A stretch of DNA of 64,000 nt from Obrimoposthia wandeli (taxonomy: Eukaryota). The translations under genes and the position numbers were made by a program. How positions within the stretch are numbered: position 1 is the stretch's first letter; each line of letters starts with the position of its first letter. The notes under the pieces were generated by a model. The model searched no databases. It was not told where the DNA came from and saw only the letters and a program-made list of their open reading frames with translations. Positions 37,737 through 51,590 of the stretch are shown here, in pieces. The stretch covers positions 310,001 through 374,000 of the forward strand of contig CDROCS010000152.1 of NCBI GenBank assembly GCA_977020255.1, written 5' to 3'.

Positions 37737-40259
37737 TATTTGGTATTATTTCATATTGAACCTCTCTCTTAATTCGAACTACACCGAAAATTACCTATAT
37801 ATTTTGATTTTTTTAATACACTTCATGATCTTCCGTCTATGTTCACTTCAGCTACTCGATAAGTACAAACTTACCATTATAATGCTTATTATAAGAAAAA
37901 GTGTTCAAATTTATCCTGAATCTCTTTATTCATTCTGTAATGGAATGTAATTTTGGAAAAATTTGCCAATCCACATTGATATTTACTAGGTATATTTACT
38001 TTTTTTGTAATTTAATGTAATCATCATTAGAATAATCATCTGTATTATTATAAATTACGCGTATTTTAGATTTATAAGAAATTGTAGACTTCTTATACAG
38101 ATTTGAATCCGGATGCAAAAGACAAGGTTTAAAAACGAACTTTCTCTTACCTCTTTTTCGTTTTTGATAATCCAATCATTCTTAAGTTATAACCATCGTT
38201 AAAATTTAAATAATTTTTGTCTTCCTCTAACATTTTACATTTGTCATGTTTAATTCCATAAAACATTTTGAACATACATAATTTACATTCTGCTATTAAT
38301 AAAGATGAATCATTTGAGTGATTGAGCGGTATTAATTCTTTTTTAAAGTTTCTTCTGATATTTCTATAAGCTTTTTAATTTTGACTTTTAAGTCTTTATT
38401 GTTATTTATTGACTCCAACTTTGCTACATAAATCTTGTAATTATATTCAAATATTATTAATAGCTTCTTCTTTCGACGAATGATTCCTCAACGATAAAAG
38501 TCTTTTAATAACCTCTAATAAGAATAGTATTTTATTTCCAAAATGAAATTCTAAAACGGTTCCATCTATTTGAATTTTTGTTGTTGATTAAATTCCCTTA
38601 TTTTAAAATAAGTAAAATAATACGTCATAAATATTTAGTTTTTTTCATACTTTAGTTATTATCATGCATGAAATAAGACTGGCAATATTTATAAAACATA
38701 AACCATTCATATCACGCCTGGAATCCGTAGATGGTAGGCTGAGAGTGATGTGACTGATCCATATATAGACACAAGAGTGCTAAAAGGTCAAAGTGGACAA
38801 GACATAAAAACATGAGAAAGAGTCTAAAAAAGAAAATTAAACATGTTGTACACGATAAATTTTTAAAGTAACATAGATAATATAAATATACACGCTCAAT
38901 GATTTTAGAGACCCATTTATAAATGACATTGAAGTAACCATTAAAAAATATATATAAAACATAATTATAAATAAATGATTTCCTTATTTTCTTTTTAGAC
39001 AAAATATTATAGCATGTTTTGTGTTTCAAATTCAAATATATTTATTTCTTTTTAAAAATTTTCTGAAAATTATTTCTTCGATTTTAACAAAAGGAACATG
39101 AAAAGAATCTATATTTAGTTTTTCCTTCAGAAATGTCTTTGAAATGAATAATGCAATTTTATATTTTTTCTGATTTTTGTGAAATTAATTGTTACTTTCT
39201 TATGATATATTTTAAAGAAATTATTAGAAATACTTTTACATTCATATTTATGTACTTTTGGATTTCGTATTTTTCTATTTGTTAAGAATATTATACTATT
39301 GCTTTTTTAAACTATGCGAATCTGAAGGTTGATTACATTTGAACGATTATATAAATAGTTATTTATTAATACAAATTTATGTAAATATGAATTTTATAAA
39401 ATAGTTTCCAAAATTGTAGCTCTTAACAATATTGGGATAAAACTGTTTTAAGCCCATACACACATTTTGTAGGAAGCTTGACAATTTTATACTTTAATGA
39501 ATTGAAATTTACGCATGTTAGAAATAATACAAATGTCAATTTTTATAAAAATACATATTTTGTTCTAAAGTATTAATAAAAATAGATATTTCAAAAATTA
39601 CATTGTCCACAAACTCAGGACTCAAATTTTTACTGACAACTTTTTGATGTGAAATCGGTCATATTAAAATTAATACAAAAAAATCATTTATCATATGAAT
39701 ATTATTTTATTAAATTTTATAAAGTTGACATATATTTAAAATATCTAATATACAAATGTAACTATTGTTAATCAAAAAAAAAGTATAATTTAAATATTTA
39801 TTTTAAACAAAAATTGAGATATAATTAAGCAAATAAACAAAGTTTTATTATAAATAAAATATATAATAAATTAGCAAACATTATTAAATTAAAATTAAAC
39901 TTTGAATATATTTTCATATAATAGTACGTCTGTAATCTAACCTATAAAAATAAATAAAAATCATTCTGAACTAAATAGTTTACTTTTCCTGATATTCATA
40001 CATAAATACAGTGTATTGTTCAAAACATGTAAACACCATCAGAAGCCATTTCTAAAATTATTGAAAGATGATTTATTGATTCAATTTAAGATTAGATTTA
40101 TAGACAATGTCTGATAGCTGATATAACAATATGTTTTCTTGATGTTTTCTTAAAAATTATTTTGACTTTTACTTCAGTTGTTATTAGAACTTAAAATTAA
40201 ACTCTATATTCAATAAAATATATTTTTTCGAACGTCACTTTATTTTATCTGCGTCACTA

Positions 40260-41000
40260 TATGCCTCTGCGCGTGTTGAAACCACGACTTGGAAACTTTA
40301 CTTTATTGTGGTAGTCGACGCAATTCGAATTTGTTGATATCTTCCGCTGATAAGTAATTAATTAGCGCGAGGTTAGAGATTTTTGATTCTGCGGCTGTTT
40401 ATCCAACTCTTGTTGCACTGTACAGCATTCCAATTCTTGTGGCAATCTGGAGCTGAGCAGCTTCAAGGAGTACATCTCCGATGTACTCGCTGAGTTTGTA
40501 CAGGTTCTCTGCCTCATATCTTTTGTCTTTTTCGGCGAGAATTTAAGTCTTTCCTGTTTGCTATCATCTTGCTACAGTTGTAATTTAACATTGGCATATC
40601 TTGGTTGTTCAGATAGTAACGGAGGAGTAAGGGCACGACTCTCTGCATGACGTTGAACGTCCATACCCCGTAGAAATTGTAGAATATTTCTCAGAGCGGG
40701 ATCAGGTGCTCTGCCATGTTTCTGCGTTCGTATGTTGACTTGCTACGCGTATAATATCCAGATTGCTCGTCTGGTTCCAGATTAAACGAGGGAGGTGGTT
40801 CTGAGCTATTACTGAGGTCTTGATCGTCGTTAATATCGTGCCAAGCAACTAGTGCTGAATTGTATTTGACTAAAAACTTGTTGTTTTCTAATAATTGAAC
40901 AACGGAACGATCGCCGTGTTTTGATTGAAAGTAGATTGTATCTTCTGTTTTGTCAATTTTGAGGGCTTCGCAAAATTCACAAGATTGTTGTAAAAAGAAT
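40260..41000 (-). pseudogene. Disrupted GC-richer reading frame, possibly retroelement gag-like
   Basis: About 100 stop-free codons (FFLQQSCEFCEALKID...MAEHLIPL*), then frameshifted segments such as PDPALRNILQFLRGMD and RYEAENLYKLSEYIGDVLLEAAQLQIATRIGMLYS. The family is uncertain. Confidence 0.3.
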
Positions 41001-41049
41001 TTAAACTTTCTCCTCTAAACCTAACAAAAACGAGACTGTCCTAATCTAG

Positions 41050-41439
41050 AAATCTATATAATAAAAATTTAGAAATTATATTTTATTTTAGGTAAAATAA
41101 AGGATAAAGTCTACTTTGGAACGGAATATCTCCTTAAGGTTTCTGTTATATCAAATGCAAATAGTTTTATTAGAATTGGCTAGTATGGGACAAGTGTTTC
41201 TGAGCATTATATGTTTTAAATGTGTTTATTTATAAAGATATTTATAAATCTATATAATGAAAATTAAGAAAATATATATTATTTTAGGTAAAATAAATGG
41301 TAAAGTTCACTTTGGAACGGAATATTTCCTTAAGGTTTCTGTTATATCAAATGCAAATAGTTTTATTAGAATTGGCTAGTATGGGACAAGTGTTTCTGAG
41401 CATTATATGTTTTAAATGTGTTTATTTATAAAGATATTT
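41050..41439. repeat. Near-identical tandem duplication, 194-bp units, 196-bp period
   Basis: 41050-41243 and 41246-41439 share long identical runs, for example aggtttctgttatatcaaatgcaaatagttttattagaattggctagtatgggacaagtgtttctgagc. Confidence 0.95.
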
Positions 41440-42069
41440 GTATATGTATATCTAGTTTATCTATATTATCATGTGGTTTTAATTTAGACTAATCCTTTTT
41501 TCCAGTGAAAACTCGATTCCTGCACAAACTATAAAAAGTGACATTTTATTACAACTAAACAAAACAAAGGTCAAAATAATAAACATAACATTTTTTTAAT
41601 CAAAAATTATCCATTCTTTTGGAAGTTAGAATTCTTTGGCTTTTAGCATTGTTAATATGGCTTTGTTAATAAATTATTTCCCCCTATTTAGATTTTTATT
41701 GATTAATGATATTGTCATTTTCCAGAATTTAATATCATCTCCCATTTCATTACACATTTCAAGAATATTCTGCATATTTTGTCGTTCCAATAATAATTAT
41801 ATCCTTCTGGCCTTTCCAAGCCAAATCTAGACAAATTAGTATTTTACAGTATGTTTAATAATTTCTGATCTATTTTTACTTTAAACATTTATATATTTTT
41901 AATTTCTTCTTATAAACGTTTCTTTCTAAATTATATTACTTATAATAAATTCAATATAATACTAATACTAATACTAATGAAATTTATAAATAATAATACT
42001 AAGAATATATTTTTTGGACAATTTAAACTAAAACAAAACTTCAGAAAAGTAATTTAAGAAATATTTAAA

Positions 42070-42340
42070 TCCTACTACGGTTCTTTCACATAGAATGTGG
42101 CCAATTGTTTTCTAACATCAGCGAATTTGATATGTGCAGAAGAAAAATTCTCATTTTGAAGTTACTCCAACCTTTCTCAAACACTTCCGTTCCTAAATAT
42201 TTAAAGATGTTCTCGATAAGTCTAACTTCTGGAAAATCTTTAAGATGATTTCTTTTGGTACGAAGGCGATGTTATAGTTTTAAAAAAAGTTTTTTATTGA
42301 AATTGCGTAGTGAAAGCAGGCTTTATCAGGTCAGAAAATG
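42070..42340 (-). mobile_element. maT/DD37D-like transposase C-terminal fragment
   Basis: PDKACFHYA, NIAFVPKE and FPEVRLIENIFKYLGTEVFEKGW (cf. WPDxASxHYA...PxxRPIE...VYxxGW). Confidence 0.65.
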
Positions 42341-43188
42341 AATAAGCTAGATTGATGATGTGAGTTGAGTAATTAAAAGAGTCTATTTTGCTAATTTACA
42401 CTTAGTTTTAAACATGATGAGCCATAAATTCTGTTACATAATAAAAAATCTTATAACTCTACAAATATTCATTATTTCAATTTGAAATTTGAACACAATA
42501 TAACTAATAAAACAGGAAAAATCAGGTATACAGTTTTATTCAAAATGGCTCCCTTTAGTCTTGACCACAGATATAAATAGGTGCAAAACATGTGGAGACC
42601 TCTCTCTGAAATGGCTGCCAAGAACTATTACTGATGCTGTTTTTGATTTCGTTGGCATTTTCCAGAAGCTGAAGGAATAGATTTCCGACTAGTGAAAAGA
42701 CTCTAATAAAAACCTTTCAGCCGTAAACATTATCTTAGCCTCTTTTTGATTGTGGCAGCTGAAAGAAGATATATCTTCAATATTTTATACGGAAACATCT
42801 TTACTCAATTACTCAATGTCCTTGACGTTAATAATATTATCAGATACTGGTCAGATAATATGGCTTAGTAGGTTTAATCTGATGTTCAAATATACATTTT
42901 ACAATAATAATTGAAGGGTTAATTTTAATTTAAAATTATGTAACATACACCCTGTAGATCTTGTAGAGTTGTGCAATGCGTATACGCAGTTCTTACTGTT
43001 TGATGTCCAAACTCTAATTGAAAACTGACACCCATCAAAATCAAACATAATAACTATTATCAGTACATCAGTTACATACAGCCACGCAATAAAACTGTCT
43101 GGATTTCTAGTTGCCACCTGTTATGTCCTATAGTTTGACTATTTTCAAGCCGAAACTAACGCAAACTAACAGTCACGCACGTACACAG

Positions 43189-43427
43189 GTCCTGCCTCCT
43201 CGGGTTCTGAGAAGCTGCAGGAGTTCCTGTCAGTGTACCTGGAAGCTGGCCAACTGAAGATTGTCACACATTCTCGTAGCGTCAACGGGGGTGGAGGTGA
43301 CGGGATCGAGACCGTCTCGGGAATGTTCATGTTCCACAACAAGGTGCTGAGCTGCCTGAGCCGCTTCTACGAGACCTGTGCAGACAACCGTTGGCACTCC
43401 CTATCCATCACCCAGATGGCCAATCAG
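43189..43427 (+). CDS. Internal exon B of the laminin-G/LNS (neurexin-like) gene
   Basis: Two ACTAAC branch-point-like motifs, then cacag|GT CCT...AAT CAG|gtgcgc, 239 bp, phase 1/0. Encodes (G)PASSGSEKLQEFLSVYLEAGQLKIVTH...CADNRWHSLSITQMANQ (LNS motifs xFLxLxLxxGxL and DNxWHxV); strong GC3 bias. Confidence 0.85.
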
Positions 43428-44819
43428 GTGCGCCAGGGCCGGCACTTCTGGTGCAGTAAAATTCAGAGTCAAAAAGTCCATATGTATTTCCAGTCATTCT
43501 TTAAATTATGGTCAATTTCACTGCCACACATCATGCATAAAACCTGTATATAATATTTTCAAAAATTGATCTCAATTAAGTGACAACACTTGAACTTTTG
43601 CATGTTAATGGAGAAATTGAAAAAGCCACCATAACGACCGTCATCATTATTTTATAAACTTATCTCGTATAATTTTTTTAAATTGGAAATTCATAGTTGC
43701 AATCTTAAATTTATAAATCTTAAAGGGCGTTCAGTCCCATTTCTAACAATATAAATCTCTTTGCATAATTTAGTTAAATAAATGTACTTTAAAAGGAAAT
43801 TGGAAGATACATAACTGCACGTTTTTCATAGAAAAGCACAAAATCAATAACTGTCACATAAAATATTAAAATAACAAAGCTAATAAAAAAAATTAAAAAT
43901 TTTATATAACTTAAAAAATTATTATTTTTAAATTTATTTAAATTTTGTTTCTTTTAGAAGGTGGGACCTGTCCATTAATCATTTTGACCATTTACTGTTG
44001 GAGTCAAGAAAAACATTATTCCTGATGATTTAAGTTTGGTTTATTAGTTTATTAGTTTCTGACCGAAAAACGTTTTGGCCATTGGAATTTGAGTGCACTT
44101 TAAATGGAAAAGTAAGGTTGTTACAATTAAATTTAAGGCTTTTGAAACTATAAATATGAAATCAGAAAAATCGTGAAATTTACAAGAAGCAATGGAAAAA
44201 TATAATCCCAGAAAGCGGAAGATTTGTATTTGACTCAAAATGAAATGTATGAACTTGGCCAATATAGTCGAAAAAGGGATTGGATGTTAGATCTATAGTG
44301 TTATAGTGTTAGGGTTCTAAATAAGGTATAAAAGAAACGTCTTTGTTGAAAAACGTTCAAACAAAATAGTTGGCAACTAATACTTGAAATTAAAATGTCT
44401 TGAAATGTCAAATTCAGAAAAGTAAATAAAATATAGTTTGTTATATCTAAAATATTCAATATTCGAAAGATTTGAAGACTTTAAAAATACTAATTAATAT
44501 TAATTAAATTTTATCTAAATATACAATTTTCTAAATAACTTTACGAAAAACAGATATATAGTAAATTTGATAATACTCAATGATGCCAGATAAAATATCA
44601 GATCAATACATATATCACGAGTCGAAAATGAATATAATAATAAAAAGTTATTTTAAAAAGATTCAGTTTATTAATTAAATCATAGATTAATTAACTTTCA
44701 TAATCGAATAACTTTTGTCAGGAACATTTGATAAAAATAACAAAACATCAAATTTATTCTCTAAAATTACCGAGTCGATGAAGACCGATTTTTGAGTGAA
44801 ACATATTTGAGTACAAATG

Positions 44820-45110
44820 GCTTATATTAGAGGATGCTATTAAAGTGAGAAATGGCATGATAAAATCAGACAAATTTCGGCATTTGGAGTACAATGACCA
44901 CAAGCTAGTAGAGTCGCATGTTGTAAAGAGTCCATGTTCTCAGTAAGTTCACCGTGGAATTGCAAAAAAATTAGGGTTACCAAATCCTAAATCTTTCACC
45001 GAATTTGATATGAGAAGATATGTTGCCAATGTTTTGGCTGAGCTGGTGCATCGACTGATATGACGGAGAAACACTTCAACTGGAAATCGGGAAAACTTCC
45101 AACACGACAA
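44820..45110 (+). mobile_element. Crypton-like tyrosine recombinase remnant
   Basis: GIAKKLGLPNPKSFTEFDMRRYVANVLAE and, after a frameshift, AGASTDMTEKHFNWKS match the pattern IAxxLGLPNPxxYTGHxxRRxxAxxLAxAGA...HxxWKS. Confidence 0.7.
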
Positions 45111-48100
45111 CAAAAAACAAAACTGTAAAAATTGAAAAAATTAGATTCAATAAATAATAAATACTTAGTGTATTTTTTTTAAATTCTGCTTGCATGGCGA
45201 TTTTTTTGTGTGTATAAAACGTAGACTTTCATTCAGCTCCGAGTCAAGTGTACGAAGAATCAATTACATTTATTCATGATGCACCGAAACGCAATATTAC
45301 CAATGGCTTCTTGAGTAAACCCACTTTTGTGATTTATAGGGGCGTGGAGTTCTCCAGGGCTAGCCTTTGTTCAAATATGAAGACAAAACAATATCGTAAT
45401 GAGAATTCAAAATTTCATATTATCCCACCAATGGCCTAATTTCAATTTCAAATAAAAAATTGCAAATGGCCATTTTCTGACAGTTGTTTCTTGAACACAG
45501 AAAGGTTGTTAACGTTTACTAATTCGACACATTTATCTAAACAGAAAGAAGAGAATACGAAAAATACCACAAGTTCTTAGAAACACACACATTGTTGTTA
45601 ATGTATTCAATTTTTAATTTAAATTTTCATTAATTAAGCATACTCAGAATGTGCTCAGGTAAATAAATATTTTCAAGGTCGAAAAATTGGGCTGTCAGTG
45701 GAAAATTGCACAGAGCAGAACATTCATTATTGAAGAGGACAATTTCCATGAGATATCTTGAGTGAGATTTCCAACAGACCGTGAAAGATGATATCAGTGA
45801 TGATTATTACGATGTCGTGGTGGTGGTGCTTGGAAAAACGCATCTTTGAGTGGATCAATGTCTTATTGTCGAGAAGAAGCGATTATTTAAAGGATTCATG
45901 AGAGGGAAATATTCAGTCTATGGGAGATAAGAAATAAGCGGTGTATATTGAATTATTTCTTTCATCACTATAAGCCCTTCAACACTTCTGCATCTCGAAA
46001 GTGTGCCTAATGATTTCGTTAAACGGAAGGGAATTTCATTTTGTTTACAAGTTGATGCTGTAGCTCATGGTATATGCTGAAACGTACTTTAAAAACGAGA
46101 GTTGTAGAACAAAGGGTTTCCTAAATTATCTGCTATATTCAAGTTCTATTCTTTCGGTTGTTGTTTACTCACTGTACCAAAATTCAGTTTCATTGTCGAT
46201 GTACAATGACATTATTTGGAATTGATTTGTAGATATACAAACCATCAATAGTTCATGGAATATAGAATGTGCAACAAAAAATTATTTGTCGTAATATTTT
46301 CTGATTAGTAAAGTATTCAGCTACTTTCTGAATTTTTACAACATCATTACGATTGTTATATTCAGCGGTATATTGTTGTAATGATTCAGATATTACATTT
46401 TAAATATTCCATCACTATGTTTGTTATTTGAGAATGTTTGACCAATTTGCTGTCACATTGTAACAGGCTAGAGAAGATCGTTTATAATAGGCAGATTCTT
46501 GAATTAGATTCTGATTTTGACCAGCAGTCAATGGAGCTTTAAAAAGCGTTCACTGGTACTAGCACTTTTTTTAATTTGAATATAATTTTGACAGTTTTGT
46601 TGGTATCAAATTATTTGAAAAGCTGGAATAATAAACAGTATGGCATTTTCTTATAATTTTATCTTTTTGATATTACTTTTCTATGTTCTTAAATCTTTAT
46701 TGATTTGACAATTCATTGTAATGATTTTATCAAGAACTCAAAGGATCAATATTGAGTTTTTTCATCGATTCTTAAGTTCTAACTATAATATAAATTGAGA
46801 ATCTACATAGAAGAAGTTATTTAAAATTAGCACTATCTATGAATATTATAACAAATACATTTTGTATAATTTTAATTACAGTATAATATTCTATGTCAAA
46901 AGATTTCTGTTTTATAAATTATGCTTTTTAACAAATTTATACAAAAATGATCTACTATCAGTGTAGCAATAGATTAATAAATAAAAGTGTTAACTTCGTT
47001 TCTATGTAATAAAGCGCCAATTTCTTAATATTTGAAAGACATATTATTCAAAGACTCTTTACAAATCAGCGACCTTGAGTAGTTAACTGGAGCATTTTTG
47101 AAAGCGTCTTCTCACATCTTCCATATTAATACCTTTTCTTGATGCTATTGACAAACTATTGAAAAGCATGTATGCATACACTTGGATACTTGAATGTAAT
47201 AAGAATAAGAAAAATAAACTTAATAGAAAATTTAACTGTATAATTTGTTGAATTGCATAATAAATCAAGTGAACAAAATGATCAAAAAATCAGACAACCC
47301 TTTTAAATAAAAGCTATTTAGGAAACAGGAAATTAGAAAATCAATAGATTCTCGATAAATTCTAGAGTGACAAATCTCAAGAAGAAACCCCAGTCCATAC
47401 AAATGAGACAGATTGGTTTCGTATCGTCCTGAGGTGATGTAATGAAACCAGAAAACAGATATTCGAATCGAAACGTTATATCAAATAACACCAAATTAAA
47501 TATTAGTAAAATTTGTATAAAAACAAACAGAAATTGTTAAATTGTAAAAAATTAAAGTAGAAGAAGCAACCATATTATATTTATATTTGCTTGTATAGTT
47601 GATCATTTCGATGTAATAAATTGAACTTATCGGTCGTTTACAAATTTGTTTACACAACATTCAGCCTGGTGGCAGTTTAATATATGAGTTAAAAGTATAA
47701 GTTTCTTTGAATCAAAATGTCAAAGGTTTGGAAGAAATAAAACAAATAACCTATCACAAAAAAGCTAGCGACTGAAGCAAAATATTTTGGAGGACCCCTA
47801 AATACCTGCTGTGAACCTCCAATTTCCTAATTTCTTATGTGGAAACCCAAGAATTTTCTATGGACCTTCATGGTCCACGACACGTTTGTTTATTCTTCTG
47901 TTTGTATAAAAGGGATTTTATATGAGCATGCTGTTAGTTATGGAGTACACAGTAGATGCGTAATTTTAATATGATTGATTCTGCACTTTGACATCGATTT
48001 GTTTTGCAAGACTGCTCAATCGAGCTTAATTTACCCCGTTGGGTGACAATTCCTTTTCAAGAATATGTAGCCGATCTAGATGTATGTTTTCAGGTATACA

Positions 48101-48479
48101 ATGAAAGACCAGAGTAGAAATGATATGTAGTTACACGATAATTTAGTTTTTGTGGATGAAGTTGCATTTTCTTTAGTTGGAACTCAACATTGCCTCTTTT
48201 AGAGCTAAATCCTCTCGAATTTCGCTACTTGTCAAAAACTCTTTGCACTAAATATTTTATATAAAATAAATATATCGGGAAATTATAAATAGTAAAATAA
48301 ATATATTGATACTATTAAGTTTTAAAAATAAGTTAACTTTATATTGAAATTTAAAACATAAACATGGAAATTACCATAAAATATTCGTTTTTATGGGTCA
48401 TGTTTAATTTTTTTTCCTGCACTGTTGAGATCCCTGAACTGTTTAATAACATGCAAGAACAATCGCATTTCCAAATTTG

Positions 48480-49290
48480 ACGGATAATAATATTTTAAGA
48501 TCTTTTAATATTAACGATACTTTGACAAAAACCGGGGATATTTAGTCGGTGCTATCTTTCTGCGTTTAGCCATCTATAACTAAAGCAAATTTGCTTGTAA
48601 TATCATTTGATCTTTTCCCCTCAACATATTTTGTTAGGAGTACCTTCTTCAAGGGGTTTACCGATAAGGACCCAGAACTGAATATTTTCCAATCACAAAA
48701 GTGAAAAGGAACAAAGTTTGGGTATAGATGTTACTGAAAACAACAGAAAGGTTGATCTTTTATGGTATGTATGTCGATTGTTTAGGCGTCCAATCCATTC
48801 CTTATTTTAGTCAACGGTCAATTTTGCAACATGACCATGCAACAATTCCCAGATCGAATATTACTAAGGCTGTCCATTGCCTCCATATAGCCCAGATTTG
48901 AAATTAAAATTATGAAAGATGCGATTTTTGGAGTGTGATTTTCCAACAAAGGAAGAGTCTTTTAATTCTTAATTATAATCAAAGGAATTTTTTGACATAT
49001 TTACTGGTTTATTAAACACATTAAGGTAAATGTTAACATCGTTTCCTTGTGAATTAAATATTATTTACCTATAAAATCAATATCTGTAAATTTGAAAAAT
49101 ATAGACAAACTGGCATTTTTAGAATCGATCGACACTTCGTCACACAAAAATAGTGAAAAGGGCTTTCCAGATAAAATGTTGAGAACTACTATTTGAAACA
49201 GTTTATAAACGACGCCCAAAGATAAATTATGTAATAAAATAAATGGCATACAAACTCTCTTAAACATTACTTTTGTACAGAATTTCAAAT
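48480..49290 (-). mobile_element. Possible second piggyBac transposase remnant
   Basis: CDEVSID (cf. xVSIDE) and FSVTSIPKL (cf. FFTSIPL); very decayed. Confidence 0.3.
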
Positions 49291-49599
49291 TGTTTGCAAA
49301 ATTTTGAAAATTTGTTTAAATAATCACTCAATTCAATTCATTCAGTTGTCTTTGACCTTATACTGTCAATGGCTTATAAGAATTTGATTCACGATTTCGT
49401 TGATAATTAATTTATATAAATCAATAAATAATTAATACAATGAATTTAGTTTACTTTATCCATCCCTCAAAACAACAGGATACGCCAACGATCACAAATC
49501 ATTTATTCGGTCTTTTATTATGTCTAAAAGTAAAATATGTCTTTGAAAATTGAGAATTTTGACAGATTCCTCTTTACTGCGCCAGTGAAAAGCATATTA

Positions 49600-50420
49600 A
49601 AAGACGATTAACATAATCAAAATGGGTATATGTGTGTCTACGAATGAGAGTGAGAGTGACGGGGGAGGGTGGACGACCGCAGCTAATTTGTTAATGGTTG
49701 ACCTCGTCGGAACTCTGATGGATGAGTACAGCAGCATCTGAGAATGGCCGGATGATTCGATTTTGGCGCGAGTTTCTCGACGTAATTCATCAAAGTTTAA
49801 TGAGGCATCAGAGTATAGTTTAGTTTCAGAATACACAACAATATTGGCATTACTGGCAATTGCTGCTCCATATGTCTATTTCCGCTGCTAGCTACTGCAG
49901 ACTGTATCACACGAATATTTTGTGGCCTTAAGATATTGTATTATTGGATATCACTGGAGACCTTGTATGGCATTGACACATGACAATAATATGCACCTCC
50001 TATTCGCGTATAGTGTTATATTTACATGTCTAACTTGTTTGCATTTTAGTCAACGTTCTTACATAGTGATAATTCGTATTTAGTAACGTTTTATCATGCA
50101 CCTTCAAATTTGAATATATCCAAACTGTATTCAACTGATTGACCTTCATTTTGAATGCAGGTCTTCAACCGAGCATGAAAAGAGAACGTTTCATTTAAGC
50201 AAATATGTGTCTATAATTGAGCACCCTAGCTCAATAAATGTATTTTAACGTACCAATTGAGTCGAAGCGTGCTTCCCAGTTACTTCTAAACATTCGCTTT
50301 ACCAGCTACCCCGAAGACATGTTTGGATATCAGAACCGCTTCAACCATCTACTAGAGTTTCTGCTGCGAACATTAAGGTCACTATCAGTTTTAAGCATAT
50401 TGCAACATAAATATACAGTG
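49600..50420 (-). mobile_element. Possible LINE reverse-transcriptase remnant
   Basis: LMFAAET (cf. LLFADDT) followed by TFIELGCSI (cf. FxYLGSxI) and LNFDELRRETRAK. Confidence 0.3.
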
Positions 50421-51169
50421 TGATGCAAAAGCAAATTTCCATATACATGTATACTATAATTTCCATTCAATTAGTTTTAAAATCGTATAGAAATATAATA
50501 ATATTAACTAATAGGTTTATTATCTTTAATAATACAGCAAAATAAGATATATACAAGTACATATAGAAAACAAGAATTTAGACTGATGCACACATTTAAA
50601 AAAACAAACTATAAATCAATAAATTTATTAAATAGGAATTAAATGTATTTTTTCATACATGCCTATGCAATCATGTTATTATCGAAATTAGTTAAAATAA
50701 TTATTTGATAATTAATTGAAATAAAAAAATCGATAGTGGTGAATAATATTACTTATTCACTCCCTATTAGCCGATAATGAACCGACAATTTATTGCTCCA
50801 TCTACTGAGTTGGAAGAAAAGTGAACTAGTGGTAATTGTTCCAATATATTGTAATTATTAATAATGATATGAAAGTTTAAATATTATAATGTTTTGCTGT
50901 GAGAAATATTCTTTACTTTTCCTTCAAAGATTGTTGAATTTTTGTAATATATGTGTCAAACAGAATAATTATATATTATCATACTTCAGTTGACAATTTT
51001 TTTTTTCATTGAAACAAGAAGGATTTTCCAATAAAAAAAATCCAGAATTCCTCGAAGTGAAGACCATCTAAGCCGAGTGCAACTGATATTCTCCGAGAAA
51101 CTGGATTATTTGATATTGTCTTATAGTGAACAAAAATGTGCTTATATGATAAAGTCACCAAAATAACAT

Positions 51170-51590
51170 CCAGTTTCTCAAAAATTCACAATATATTGAT
51201 CGATGGAAAAGTGTTTGTTTTTCTGGGAAAACGGTTATTTCATTGAGTCTAAATAGAAGAATTATATTAGAAGCCTTAAACAAATATCTTAATTGTACTA
51301 TGCAAAAGAGGATAGATTTTCTTAAGAGGTGTAATTTTGACTAGTGGAAAAATATTTTAAATCGCATTTAAAGCAATATAAACAGGTAATCATACATAGA
51401 AACCTTATCTGGTGTTATTGATGAAATTTGAGCAATTGGAACATTTCAACAAGATCCAGCCCCATCTAAAGTTTGTAGAGAAACAATGGGATTTTTCTAC
51501 CCGAGTCGTAGCCTGAACCATGACCCCAGTATCGCCAGTTGTAAATTCAATCGAGAATATATGGTTTATTCAAAAAAAGAAAATATCTAA
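51170..51590 (+). mobile_element. Tc1-like transposase remnant
   Basis: WKSVCFSGKT, FQQDPAPSKVCRETMGFF and SPVVNSIENIW occur in DDE order. Confidence 0.7.

Noticed and set aside
37100-38620. Possible IS630-like (37100-37520) and Merlin-like (38100-38620) transposase traces
   Set aside because: Only one or two degenerate motifs each; too eroded to call by eye.
43189-43427. GC-rich island as vertebrate contamination or horizontal transfer
   Set aside because: It splices in frame with two other islands 11 kb away, and the USP has similar codon bias, so host coding composition is the simpler explanation.
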